From NCBI RefSeq assembly GCF_006345805.1, contig NC_043002.1, positions 55,242,001-55,306,000 on the forward strand: a stretch of 64,000 nucleotides of DNA. The letters are read 5' to 3'. Under the pieces are notes generated by a model. That model saw only the letters and a list, made by a program, of their open reading frames with translations. It did no database searches and was not told where the DNA came from. This document shows positions 53,530-64,000 of the stretch, one piece after another; within the stretch, counting starts at the first letter, position 1, and each line of letters starts with the position of its first letter. Source of the stretch: Octopus sinensis. Lineage: Eukaryota. The translations under genes and the position numbers were made by a program.

Positions 53530-54307
53530 ATAAATTTTTATTTATTCCATGTCAGAGCATGCCTTCCCTGACAGATAGGCCTCTTAATCAGGACAGATTT
53601 GTACAATTTTTCGCCAAAAAGCTTCATTGAGTATTTTTCTCGTTTTCAAATTATTTACATGTTTTTTAAACCGTTTCACATGACTTTATTCATTAAAACT
53701 TCAGAAGTTCTTACAACTTTGGCTGTCGTTATACTTTGCTTTCGTTTGTTTGATAAAAATTCCTCCTCCTAATGATTTCTGCTTTCATTTCATGATAGAC
53801 AGCTGTCATGCAGAAAATGCCAGCTTCCAAATCCTGTTTTTTGATTAGGTGAAATTGATTAAACTTTAAACCTCAGTAACATTTTTCTTAAATATATATC
53901 AAAATCGAATTTAACGTGGAAAATTATTTCAATATACCAAATTAGAAAACTTTGACGTACTGTTAAAATTTCACAATATAGGACAGCATCAAGGAAGACC
54001 CTACAAAAGAAGAGAGAGACAGTTATAGGACGTCTCACACACACACTGAAATATGCTCACATTTACAAACGTACACACAAGTAATCACGAGTTTAAGATG
54101 GTGTATAATAGATATGTGTATGTATGTACGTATGTATGTACATTATGTATGTATGTGCGTGTCTGTGTGTGAGTGATTGTTTGCGATGGACAGCAGAAAA
54201 GCCACCTATCCCTCTCTTCTTAAAGCTGTGTATTTCTCATACTCACCTTTCTTTCCCTTCTTCAGCGTTTTAAAAGTTACTTATGTGTATGTGCATGTGT
54301 GTGTGTG

Positions 54308-54349
<42 letters not shown>

Positions 54350-54745
54350 GTATGTGTGTGTGTGTGTGTGTGTGTATCTATGTATTTAGATATTCAGCGT
54401 CGCGTGAATTACCCTGAATTAACGTTACCATCCCAATGCCACTCCATATTTGTTGCTTACACAACGCTGTTCTTCCCTTCCCTGATATCACCCACATTCA
54501 CTATGCCACCACATTTCCTCATACTAACACCCTTGCACCCTTCTCATTTTATCAAATAACAGCCGAAACATCTAGGGGGCCTATTATAGATTTTTATTGA
54601 AATCTAATAAGCCTATAATTGAATTGGATATTAGTTTAACATATATGCAAAGTTTCGTCAAGATTAGTTCACAAGATGCTAATAAACAAATCAACAGACA
54701 AAAATTGCCATTTATGTATATATATGTGTGTGCGTGAGTGCGTAC

Positions 54746-54837
<92 letters not shown>

Positions 54838-54969
54838 AGTTCAAGTAGAACAATTCAAACTTTTTGAGGAGTCCAAAAAGAGAGAAAATAATTTCATCAT
54901 ATTCAGAAATATCCTACTAGATCAAGCAATAAGAATATGAAAATAACAAGTGAAAAGCTCGTTATACGC

Positions 54970-55156
54970 ATAAAACACCATCAACAATTATAAAAATGGA
55001 GAAGAGATGTTAAAAGACCAAAATTAGATTTAATATCCAATTTTAACAAATATGCATAAAAATAGAGAAGAAATGTTAAAAGATCAAAATTGGATACTAA
55101 ATCCAATTTTGGTCTTTTAACATCTCTTCATTTTTTAATTGTCTATGGTGTTTTAT
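54970..55156. repeat. Fold-back element related to 48777-48974
   Basis: Shares atggagaagagatgttaaa; arms about 54970-55030 and 55098-55156. Confidence 0.7.
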
Positions 55157-55190
55157 AGCTATAGCGAACTTTTCGCTATATATATATAAA

Positions 55191-56789
55191 ATCTCAGACA
55201 TAACATTCACTGCCTCTGACATCATAGCAGCAATAAATAAGGTCAAATACTGTTCTGTTGTAGGCCCTGATAGATTCCCCGCTATTCTCCTGAAGGAATG
55301 TAGACACCAACTTGCAGTCCCTCTGGCCAACCTCTGGAGAAATTCGTTAGACTCAGGTTATATACCGAAACAGCTTCTATCCCAGTCTGTCATCCCGGTT
55401 TTCAAACAGGGAAACAGATCCCTCGCGGTCAACTATCGCCCAATCTCACTCACCTCCCACATCATTGAAGTGTTTGAAAGAGTGTTAAGATCAAGGATAG
55501 CTGACTTCCTGGAGACCTACAAACTCTTAAATGCAAATCAGCATGGCTTTTGCTGTGGCAGGGACTGTCTAACACAGCTCTTACACCACATTGAAGATAT
55601 ACTCAAAGCCTTGGGAACAGGTTCGAACACTGATGTCATATATCTTGACTTCAGTAAAGCATTCGACAGGGTTGATCATAATATCCTACTCTCAAAATTG
55701 GCAAATGTTGGAATCCGTGGAAAAGTTCTACACTGGATTAAGTATTTCCTGGCGAATAGAACACATGTTGTAGTCGATAGAGTCCACTCAAGCCCAGCAA
55801 AATTCACCAGCGGTGTCCCCCAGGGGACTGTCTTGGGCCCGCTACTCTTCATAATTTACATAAACGACCTTTCCAGTGTCGTACATTACTGCAAAGTGAA
55901 AATATTTGCTGATGACACTAAGCTCCAGCAAATCATCAATGAAGAAGCAGACCGAACTCAACTCCAGTCTGATCTATATGCTGTGAGTCAATGGGCAGAC
56001 AGAAACAAAATGCAACTGAACGAGGGAAAATTTGAGCTGATGCATTTTGGAAGGAATTCCTCACTAAAACAGCCAAACTCTCTTCCTTCAGGAGAACCGC
56101 TCACAGCCTCTAACAATATCAGAGACCTGGGCGTAATTGTTGATGACAATCTCAGTTGGAGTGCACACATCAACAATAAGGTCGATATAGCTCGTAGGAT
56201 GAGTTCCTGGATCTTAAGAACTTTCCGGTCCAGAGAACAAGGTGTCATCATACCACTTTTCTCCTCCTTTGTACGGCCATATCTCGAATACTGCTGCCCA
56301 CTGTGGTCTCCCCATACAAGACAAAACATCTCGAGGATTGAATCACCCCAGAGGGCACTCACTAAACGAATTGAAGGCATGGCTGCTCTCGATTATAGGG
56401 ACCGCCTTAAAGCCTTGAAACTTTACTCTCTCCAGCGTCGCTGCGAGCGGTACATCAGTTGTACGATGTGGAGAATATACCGCCAACTTTGCCCAAACGA
56501 CCTGAACATTAGCTTCAAGGTTCATCCAAGACTGGGACCACGGGCCATACGTCCCCTGCCCAATTCGAGATCACAGCATACATGTACACTGCAACATAAT
56601 TTCTTTTCCTCAACAGGCCCTACCCTATTTAACATTGTCCCGAAAGAGATCAAAGAGGAAAACGATCCCATCAACTTTAAACGGAGTCTGAATAGATTTC
56701 TTCAAGGAATACCAGATAAGCCACCCATAATTGGATACAACTCACCCAACAAAAACTCACTACTTGAATGGACCATAAACAAAACTTGA
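55191..56789 (+). CDS. CR1/L2-group LINE ORF2 reverse transcriptase, 5'-truncated (no endonuclease), open about 530 codons
   Basis: Frame stays open upstream of the listed ORF (GPDRFPAILLKEC, NYRPISLTS); QHGF, LDFSKAFDRVDH, SGVPQGTVLGPLLF, FADD, LGV, LEYCCPLWSP, LYSLQRR. Confidence 0.93.
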   Translation: MSDITFTASDIIAAINKVKYCSVVGPDRFPAILLKECRHQLAVPLANLWRNSLDSGYIPKQLLSQSVIPVFKQGNRSLAVNYRPISLTSHIIEVFERVLRSRIADFLETYKLLNANQHGFCCGRDCLTQLLHHIEDILKALGTGSNTDVIYLDFSKAFDRVDHNILLSKLANVGIRGKVLHWIKYFLANRTHVVVDRVHSSPAKFTSGVPQGTVLGPLLFIIYINDLSSVVHYCKVKIFADDTKLQQIINEEADRTQLQSDLYAVSQWADRNKMQLNEGKFELMHFGRNSSLKQPNSLPSGEPLTASNNIRDLGVIVDDNLSWSAHINNKVDIARRMSSWILRTFRSREQGVIIPLFSSFVRPYLEYCCPLWSPHTRQNISRIESPQRALTKRIEGMAALDYRDRLKALKLYSLQRRCERYISCTMWRIYRQLCPNDLNISFKVHPRLGPRAIRPLPNSRSQHTCTLQHNFFSSTGPTLFNIVPKEIKEENDPINFKRSLNRFLQGIPDKPPIIGYNSPNKNSLLEWTINKT

Positions 56790-56875
56790 CTTAAACAGGA
56801 TTTAGATAATCCTATCAGGTGGTACTATTAAGTTAGACATGGCCTGGACTAATCTTTGGTCGAAACATATCTAAG
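56790..56875 (+). mobile_element. 3' UTR of the CR1/L2-group LINE
   Basis: ggtggt...catggcc...gaaac framework, as at 25582-25620. Confidence 0.7.
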
Positions 56876-57057
56876 TTTTATATATATATGTAAGTCAAGG
56901 TAGAAAATGCTAAAATAATTTTATAAAAATGATTTCAGTACCGTCTCATTTGAGACTTTTTCAACTGTAATTATGGAACACAAATTTTTAAAAATTAAAT
57001 GAAAAGTTTTTCATTTAATTTTTATATATATATATATATATATTATATATATCATAT

Positions 57058-57146
<89 letters not shown>

Positions 57147-57174
57147 ATATATGTTTTATATGTATAAATATATA

Positions 57175-58299
57175 TTGGGTTGGTAACAAAATAATTTCGT
57201 TTTTTGCAAATAGATAGAGTTACGATTTTTCTTAATGACTTTTGTCAGTTATGATTTTTTCCTCTTAACATTTGATAGCCGTTACTTTTAGCTTACTTTA
57301 GAAGCAAATTGCACGTAAAGCACATGTCTGAAATGGTTTTAAAAACTCCGTTTTGGAGATTTTTTACTGAAAGATGATCAACATTCTGGTCGACGTACTG
57401 AAGTTGATGATGACTGAATCAAAGCCATAATTGAATCTGATTGTCATATAACTGTGCAAGGTTGCAGAGAGGTTAAATGTATCACACACAACAAATGAGA
57501 ATCACTTAAAATATCTTGGACTCATTCAGAAACTCGGTATTTGGGTTCCACATAAATTGAAAGAGATTCACTTAACACAACGAATCAATACTTGCGATAT
57601 GCATCTCAAACACTGTGAAATCGACCGTTTTTTGAAACGAATCACCACTGGTCATGAAAAATGGATTGTCTACAATAACATCAACCGAAAACGATCATGG
57701 TCCAAGCGTAATGAACCAGCACAAACCACACTGAAAGCTGAATTGCATAAAAAAATAAGTCATGCTGTCAATTTGGTGGGATTACAAAGGTGTTGTGTAT
57801 TTTGAGCTGCTTCCAAGGAACCAGACGATCAATTCAGATATTTACTGTCAACAACTAAGGAAACTGGAGGAAGCAATCAAAGAAAAACGGTCAGAATTGG
57901 CAATTCGTAAAGGAATCGTGTTCCACCATGACAATGCTAGACCAGGCATGTCTTTGCTAACTCGTGAAAAATTATTGGCGATTGACTGGGAAGTGATGTC
58001 ACACCACCATATAGCGCCGGCCTTCCACCATCAGGTTACCATTTATTTCGAAGTTTGAAAAACTCTTTGAATGGTAAAACTTTCAATAATGATGATGACC
58101 TGAAATCACACTTGCTTCAGTTTTTGGCTAAGGACCAGAAATTCTATGAGTGCGGAATCATGAAGTTGCCAAAAAGATGGCAAAATGTCATCGAACGAAA
58201 TGGAAAATATATAATTGATTGACGTTCATTCTTTGTATGAAAAAAAAAATGACTGTTATTTCACACTAAAAAAACCGAAATTCTTTCTTGCCAACCCAA
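57175..58299 (+). mobile_element. Mariner transposon (Hsmar1/cecropia-like TIRs), defective
   Basis: TA|ttgggttggtaacaaaataatttcgttttt and aaaaaaccgaaattctttcttgccaacccaa|TA; WVPHKL, TGHEKW (D to H), HHDNARP, PPSGYHLF (D to G), stop 58220-58222; start and first HTH missing. Confidence 0.95.
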
Positions 58300-58345
58300 T
58301 ATATATATACATACATATTAATATATATATATATATATATAGTAT

Positions 58346-58393
<48 letters not shown>

Positions 58394-58788
58394 GCAAGTA
58401 TGCCTGTATGTGTGTGTATGAATATTGTGTGTGTGCATATGTGTGTGTGTGTGTGTTTGTGTGTTTGTATTTATACTTATAAATATACATATTTATGTGT
58501 GTATGTACGTGTGGTGTATGTAAGCGTTTTGTGTATGCGTTGTGAGGTGTAATGGCGGCTAAGTATTAACCGCTGTATCAACACCATTGTCATTTCTAAA
58601 CTACTTCATCCATCTACAAGAGAGGATGTTGACATTAGCAGGATAGCCACAAAGCAGGTTGTTATTCTTAGCTTTTTAAATCTTACAAAACAAGTTCCGG
58701 GGAAAATAGCCTGAGAGAGATTGAGATATAGATAGATAGATACATAGATACATAGAGAGAGCGATAGATGGAGAGAGAGAGAGATATA

Positions 58789-58824
<36 letters not shown>

Positions 58825-59090
58825 CAAAGGAATATAGAAACAAAGAGAAAAAGAAAGCAAAGAGAGAGAGTATGATTTGTGGACACAGTTGACATGTTCA
58901 TACATCCATTCATCCATTTACATGTATGTGTGTATGCATGTATGCGAGTATGTGTGACTATGTATGTGTATGTGTTTGCATATATGTGTGCATGTATGTA
59001 TTCCTCTGCATCTGTTCCTAACTGAAAGAGCTTAGGTAGATTCACAAGTACTCAATACATAGATGTTTTATTTGTATGCACACACGCACG

Positions 59091-59132
<42 letters not shown>

Positions 59133-59167
59133 ACCACACACACACGCACGTACACATGCACACACAC

Positions 59168-59321
59168 ATGGCTGTGTCGTAAGAAGCTTGCTTTCCAACC
59201 ACATACTTCAGCCCCACAGCGTGGCACAGTGGACAAATGTTATGTACTGTAGCCTCGAGCCGACCAAAGCCTTTTTGAGAAGATTTGGTAGGCAGAAACT
59301 GAAAGAAGCCCATCGTGTGTA

Positions 59322-59370
<49 letters not shown>

Positions 59371-59724
59371 GTACGTGTGTGTGTGCGTGTGTGTGTTTAT
59401 GTATCTGTGTTTGTCGCTCTACCATCACTTGACAGCCAATGGTGGTGTGTTTACGTCCCCCTTAATTTAGCGGTTCGGCGAAAGAGGCCGATAGAATAAG
59501 TACCGGGCTTACAAAGAATAAGTCTTGGGGTCGATTTACTCAACTAAAGGCGGTGCTCCAGCATGGCCGCCAAAAGATATCTATCTATCTATCTATAAAT
59601 ATATATATATCCTTTTATTTGTTTCAGTCATTTGACTGCGGCCATGCTGGAGCACCGCCTTTAGTACAGCAAATCGAGCCTAAGACTTACTCTTTGTAAG
59701 CCTGGTACTTATTCTATCGGTCTC
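59168..59724. mobile_element. Two family C SINEs tail-to-tail (59168-59572 on +, 59612-59724 on -)
   Basis: ggcggtgctccagcatggccg and its reverse complement about 60 bp apart. Confidence 0.85.
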
Positions 59725-59849
59725 ATTTCAAAATCGAAAGGATATCTCGAAGACTGTCGTCCGATACTAAAGGGAGCACGACGCAACCCTAAGGAAAGCC
59801 TCAGTAGGCTTAAAAGCTAGCCATGTGTATGTATGTATATACATACCAT

Positions 59850-59906
<57 letters not shown>

Positions 59907-60429
59907 CACACCACACACACACAGATATAAACACTTGATGTCCTAATCAGCTTTATCTTCACTGTGTGTGTGTATGTGTGCCTGTACGTGTATGTGTGCG
60001 TGTGAATGTACATTTGTAATTGTGTGGGTGTGTGAGTCCATATGAGTAAGTTTTTGCTTATAATATGTCAGTCTATAACCCCAGCATGCAAAGACACCAC
60101 ACACACACACACACACACACAGGCACACACACACACACACACACACACGCACGCACACACGCACACACTTGCGAATACAACCGTAATGTATTCTTAATGT
60201 CGCTTTATTGCCATAGTTATTGTTTTGTAGGTGTATTGCACCCAGTTCTCGCACACAAACTCCTAATCAATACATTTACCTGTCAACAGACTGATCATCT
60301 TTATCACATTATGTCAAAGCCGCCATTTTTACTCCACTGCCGCTATGTTTATTGTCTTGTCAGACAATATCTTCTTTACATTCGGACCAGTCTCAACCAG
60401 CAGGTTTGACTTTGCTGATTTGTTTTCGC

Positions 60430-60468
60430 TTTCTTTCTTCCTTCCTTCCTTCCTTCCTTCCTTCCTTC

Positions 60469-60522
<54 letters not shown>

Positions 60523-60640
60523 CTCTTTCTTTTTTCCTTTCTTTCTTTCTTTCTTTCTTTCATTCTTTCTTTCTTTTCTTTCTTTTCTCCTTTTCTTTTT
60601 CCTTCCTTCCTTCCTTGCTTTTTTTTCTCTTTCTTTCTCT
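60430..60640. repeat. (TTCC)/(TTTC)n pyrimidine tract
   Basis: Direct reading. Confidence 0.97.
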
Positions 60641-61290
60641 TAATAATAACAACGGCACAAACTGCACTCGAAATATCAACACGCTAAACATGAAGACGTC
60701 ATTGTCCGGGCTAAGATGCATGCGCGAAGGCACGCAAACATTGAAACCTTTCAAAGGGCCCTGGGAGTCAGATGTGCATCGTATCAGCCGGACAACAATA
60801 CAACCAGTGGCATACAACGGAGAGCGTATGATATCGAATTCCAAGTTGTCACGCGCAGTTCCTTTCTTTCTTTTTTTTTTTGTAGTTCTTTGCTGAATTG
60901 TTTGAGAGGAACTATAGGCTGGTACTAACTGGTACGTACTCTGTCGGTTACGACGACGAGTGTTCCAACTGAAATTAACGAGCAAGTGGCTGAGTACTCC
61001 ACAGACACGCGTACCCTTAACGTAGTTCTCATGGTGATTCAGTGTGACAAAGAATGTGACAAGTCTGACCTCTTGTGAATTACAGGTACAGTCGCGAGCT
61101 GAATACCTTAACCACTAAATTTCACCCGTTCGGGGATAGTCTACGTGTGCTGCGATCTAGGATTGCCGTCTAGGTATACACCAGCTACATAGTTTGGATG
61201 ATGTTGAGCATTTCAGAAACTGAGGCAGTCGGCACCATGCTGAAGGTATAAGAGACTGTAATGAGAGGACTAATAAGCTGGCAGAAACGT

Positions 61291-61636
61291 CATCCCGCTG
61301 AAAAGGTGCCTGAATAAGGATTGTTTAAGGATGTTGAACGGACCACCCATGTTTCCAAAGGTGAATTATCCAAACCTCTAAGAATTCCATTCAACACACG
61401 GCCATGATGCTTTCCCACTACTTCTGCTCGTGATCAGAGATGCACATATCGTCAGCCACTAAGGGACATGCTCAACTGGTTAAGGTCAAACAACTGACAA
61501 GCAAATCTGTGGTATTGAGCAGAATATTTGCTGTAGCCCATCTTTTATACCAAGACAAAACAATGTACATGATAACACTTCCAATCAGTTAAGATCTGGA
61601 GCCATGAGAGCCACTCTCTGGTACTGTATCAGGGCA
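61291..61636. mobile_element. (AAT)n-embedded repeat, copy 3 (inverted, truncated)
   Basis: Reverse complement of about 392-730; abuts (ATC)n(ATT)n. Confidence 0.8.
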
Positions 61637-61639
61637 TTT

Positions 61640-61723
<84 letters not shown>

Positions 61724-61742
61724 GTTGTTTTTGTTGTTGTTG

Positions 61743-61777
<35 letters not shown>

Positions 61778-61964
61778 GAAACCTACAGGACCAATTCGGA
61801 GCGTGTACCTGTGAAAAGGGAATTAAATTGATCCGGCGAACGTGGCTTTTTCTACGAGGACATTAAAGCGCTTCCACTATTGGGAGTTTTAATTCGTTTA
61901 ATGTTGTTTATTTATTTACATTATTTACATATGACGGATATTTGTTCTCATCTTGTTTGTTATT

Positions 61965-62010
61965 AACACAACTTTTCGGCTGATATGCCCTCCAGCCTTC
62001 ATCAGGTGTC
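61965..62010 (-). ncRNA. Minimal type I hammerhead motif, one substitution at 15.2
   Basis: gacac CUGAUGA a ggcug-gagggcauau-cagcc GAAA(a)GUU guguu. Confidence 0.6.
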
Positions 62011-62064
62011 TTGGGGAAATTTCGAACCTGGGTTCTCATTCCAAAGGTATTTTTCGATGTTATT

Positions 62065-62163
<99 letters not shown>

Positions 62164-62318
62164 GTTATTGTTCAGGTCACTGCTTGGAATCGAACTCGGA
62201 ATCTTGGGGCTAGTAAACCATGCTCTTAACCACTACCCCATGTGCACATATTCTTGGTCTTGCTTATACGCAAAACTCTCACAACACACTCACACACACA
62301 CACACATACACACACACA

Positions 62319-62364
<46 letters not shown>

Positions 62365-62468
62365 TCTTTGTTTTATCCTGTACTGTCCATAATGTTTTTC
62401 TTAATGTAGACCCTTGTGGTTAAAATTTCTATTATTATTATTTTATTTATTATTATTATTATTATTAT

Positions 62469-62499
<31 letters not shown>

Positions 62500-62582
62500 T
62501 TATATTATATTATTTTTATTATTATTATTATTATTATATTATTATTGTTATTATTTATTATTATTATTATTATTATTAATAA

Positions 62583-62617
<35 letters not shown>

Positions 62618-63709
62618 TTATTATTATTATTATTATATTATTATTATTGTTATTCACGTCATAGAAAGTACGATTATAAGCTTTTGGAGACAACTTCCAA
62701 TCTGTAAGTGTACGATTCTGGTTGAACTGCTTCACTTCATTTTGGTAAAACCAGAATCTCCCAGCTCACCAAAATTCCAACTGATAATTAAGAGAGACTG
62801 CTTTGAAAAATACGGTAAATCCTCGTTTCTGTTGCTATAGGAGAGTTAAAACTGCTGCCATATCAAGTTCATGGTCAGATTTAAACATTCATCAATTTTC
62901 ATTTAAACTTAATTCCTTTAGTACCCAGCACAAGATTACAAGTTAGCGATGGATTCTCTCAGAACTCATTCGGCATGATGGAAAAACAGGTAAATCGCTT
63001 TCAACTCGCACCTAAAGTCTAAAAAAAAGGGACACATTGGTTATGGCTAGACCGTCTGATTGACTGGGGTCGACTTCGGGTTAAACAATGAGAGCTCCCG
63101 AGAAAGTCTCCGACATCACAGCTGTTTATGTAAATATGACATTTTGTGTCTGATTGTCGTTGAGTGTTTGTTTACCAAAGCAGTCCACCACTCACTCCCC
63201 CACCCCTCACACATGGAACAACAAATACACGCACCTCCTCCTCCCTTCCCTCTCCTCCTTCCCATCAAGAAGAAATTTCAAGAATTTATGTTTATCATGT
63301 TTGATGTCGCTTATATTGCTAGCTTTCTTCTCTCGCACTTTGCTCTGTCTGTCTCTTCCATTTGCTCTGCTATTGGCACAAATAAACATACAAATGAATC
63401 GAGGAATTGATAGACGGAACACACACATTTATACATTCTTTTATTCTTTTATTTGTTTCAACCATTTGACTGCGGTCATGCTGGAGCACCGCCTTTAGTC
63501 GAGCAATGATTATTGGTGTAATTGTAAATTTATAATCAGGGTTGAGGAGCTGCAAGTTTCGAAGCAGTTCTCCACCGAGATTCTCCGTTTTGCCAGTTTG
63601 GGATCTTCACGTGTTCACATCCGCAGGGTAGCTGGCCTTTTCGTCTCTATATGTATCAATACATTTGATGGGTTTGCTCTACACCTTTGTAGAGTTCAGA
63701 CTTATTGTT

Positions 63710-63764
63710 TTATTTACAGTGACGAAGGCTTAACTGGCCGAAACTTCGAAGTCACTGTGAATAA
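63710..63764 (+). ncRNA. Type I hammerhead motif with a 2-nt core deletion
   Basis: uuauuuacagu [CU]GACGA a ggc-uuaacug-gcc GAAAC uucgaa GUC acugugaauaa; 11-bp stem I with one GU pair. Confidence 0.6.
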
Positions 63765-63785
63765 TATTCTTAAGAATAATAAACA

Positions 63786-63879
63786 TGTGGCACCTTGGGC
63801 AGGTGTCTTCTACTATAGCCTCGGGACTACCAAAGCCTTGTGAGTGGATTTGATAGACGGAAACTTAAAGAAGCCCGTC

Positions 63880-63882
<3 letters not shown>
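63786..63882 (+). mobile_element. SINE family C, CORE-like block
   Basis: gtggcaccttgggcaggtgtcttctactatagcctcggg...gaagcccgtcg. Confidence 0.85.
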
Positions 63883-63940
<58 letters not shown>

Positions 63941-64000
63941 GTGAATGGAAGAAATGGAGCTGAACGAAGATTCTACAGAATTCCTTTTATTACATTCTAG

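Noticed and set aside
59785-59825. CTAAGGA aagcc-tcagta-ggctt AAAAGCTA hammerhead-like string
   Set aside because: Both core segments are mutated and there is no stem I; at most a very decayed copy

Overview
Repeat-saturated, microsatellite-rich animal genomic DNA. The SINE types, the (CA)n/(TA)n/(AAT)n load and the LINE types point to an Octopus species (inference). No host protein-coding gene could be supported. The window holds at least three tRNA-derived SINE families in dozens of copies, two CR1/L2-group LINE copies (one with an open ~530-codon RT frame at 55191-56789), two RTE fragments, a HERO-type (R2 superfamily) LINE 3' fragment split by a SINE, an ORF1-only L1/Tx1 remnant, a probable Penelope RT remnant, a decayed mariner with both TIRs, a decayed hAT transposase and a 100-N gap. 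The most interesting unannotated signal is a set of minimal type I hammerhead ribozyme motifs in several unrelated short remnants: 8056-8098, 11173/24837 (a U3:A8 core variant rebuilt from two copies), 18621, 61965 and 63710. Also notable are a LINE/SINE shared 3' stem-loop with compensatory changes, SINE arrays joined at one fixed site in the SINE head, a fixed-length element embedded in (AAT)n, and several long fold-back hairpins. All alignments, translations and folds were done by eye; no search was run.
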